Positions 62,669-64,000 of a stretch of 64,000 bases of DNA are shown here, one piece after another; within the stretch, counting starts at the first letter, position 1; each line of letters opens with the position of its first letter. A model generated the notes under the pieces. That model ran no database searches. It was not told the DNA's origin and saw nothing but the letters and a program-made list of their open reading frames with translations. The DNA is from Squalus acanthias. Lineage: Eukaryota. The translations under genes were made by a program, and so were the position numbers. Location of the stretch: the NCBI GenBank assembly GCA_030390025.1, contig CM059433.1, positions 15,068,001 to 15,132,000 on the forward strand. The letters are read 5' to 3'.

Positions 62669-62797
62669 GGGACTTTTCTCTCTTTGAAAGAGAAGACTGG
62701 GAGGTGATATGATAGAAGTGTTTAAAATTATGAAAGGTTTACACAAATTAGATCCAAGTAATCTTTTCTGCTGTGTCCAGAATTTAAGCACAAGACA

Positions 62798-63150
62798 CCT
62801 TCCCGATCTCCCCCGGCCTTTCCCATCTCCCCCCGGCCTTTCCCATCTCCCCCCGGCCTTTCCCATCTCCCCCCGGCCTTTCCCATCTCCCCCCGGCCTT
62901 TCCCATCTCCCCCCGGCCTTTCCCATCACCCCCCGGCCTTTCCAATCTTCCCCCCGGCCTTTCCCATCACCCCCCGGCCTTTCCCATCTCCCCCCGGCCT
63001 TTCCCATCTCCCCCCGACCTTCCCGATCTCCCCCGGCCTTTCCGATCTCCCCCCGACCTTTCCAATCTCCCCTCGGCCTTTCCGATCTCCCCCCGACCTT
63101 TCCAATCTCATCCTGGCCTTCCTGATCTCCCCCCGGCCTTTCTGATCTCC
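62798..63150. repeat. 20-bp minisatellite (CCCCCGGCCTTTCCCATCTC)n
   Basis: Tandem units read directly, with a homogeneous core and diverging edges. Confidence 0.95.
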
Positions 63151-63701
63151 ACCACCGCCACCCACCTCCCGCACCCCGCCAACCCCCCGTCCCGAACATA
63201 AGCACAAGGCATCATATTTACAAATTAAAGTCAACAACAGAAAGTAGGAAAGGCAGGAGGAACTTCTTTACCAAAAGGGTGGTAAGTATGTGGAACAGAT
63301 TACCGACACAGGTGGTTCAAAAAGAAGCCTTTCAGGAAGACATTAGACAGATACTTGTCAATAAATGGGATTCAGGGTTATTAGACATACTGCGAGTTTA
63401 CTGTGGATAAGTGGTCCAGATGTATCGAAGGTGTTAACCTGTTATTATGGAATAATTACTATTATCTTTCTCTCTTACCATTAGAAATGAGTGGCTGGGG
63501 AAATAAAGCTCAGTACAGGTGTATGAGCATGTGCCCAGAGCTCAGCTGTTGTTGCACCATGTTGCTGTTCAGGCTACAGGATGGACATCTGTGGACAGTT
63601 GGCAGATACTGGACTCAGATCAGTAAGTGGAGTATAATTGCACCCGAGGTAGCACAGACCACATTGGATGGCACAGTTATATCTTAGCCCTATTCCAGTA
63701 C

Positions 63702-63899
63702 CTACGTAATGCGCCACTATTGATTGATCTCCACCTCCTGCAGCTTTCATCCTTTAAGAAAATCTCAGCAATGCCAGATCATGTAAAATCCATCTCCAGC
63801 AGAAAGGGAAATGAAATCCCCTCTGCCTCGGCTAACTCCTCCACTGCTTTCATTATTACACACGCTTGGGCTCCGAGCCGGAACATAGATGTCTATCGC
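63702..63899 (-). other. Candidate host-gene exon (5' UTR plus start MKAAGGGDQSIVAHYV)
   Basis: Pyrimidine tract + CAG acceptor, AGGATGA start context at 63750, TAG|GTACTG donor; unique sequence. Confidence 0.25.
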
Positions 63900-64000
63900 C
63901 TGAATTTCGAAACAAGTAAAAGCCAGAAATATTATTTGGAATCCACTCACACCATCCTGATGATTAATGTTCATTCTGCAATAAAGCTCTGTATTAGTAG

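Larger units (their letters stand above)
61830..63440 (+). mobile_element. Old CR1 3' fragment interrupted by a MITE and a minisatellite
   Basis: RRLGGDMIEVFKIMKG at ~62690 and RRNFFTKRVVSMWN at ~63255. Confidence 0.75.

Noticed and set aside
62594..63237. Long Gly/Arg- and Pro-rich ORFs
   Set aside because: Produced by the stop-free 20-bp minisatellite.

Overview
Repeat-saturated, gene-poor vertebrate DNA, almost certainly from a cartilaginous fish (HE1-type V-SINE, Deu-domain SINEs, shark-type CR1 LINEs). No intact host gene is recognisable; there are two weak minus-strand exon candidates. Nearly all long ORFs are transposon-derived. The window holds many CR1 LINE copies (one near full length), L2, RTE and Vingi/Ingi-like fragments, and a two-gene PIF/Harbinger transposon (HARBI1-like transposase plus convergent Myb/SANT gene) with deletion derivatives and about 10 CpG-rich MITEs. 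It also holds Penelope-like element (PLE) remnants. The most notable signal is a set of minimal type I hammerhead ribozyme motifs in two PLE-associated families. These include two independent ~200 bp fold-back insertions with 13-14 bp TSDs; one has intact hammerheads on both strands, and a third copy shows covariation. Family names come from recognition by eye, not database searches, and boundaries of degraded repeats are approximate.
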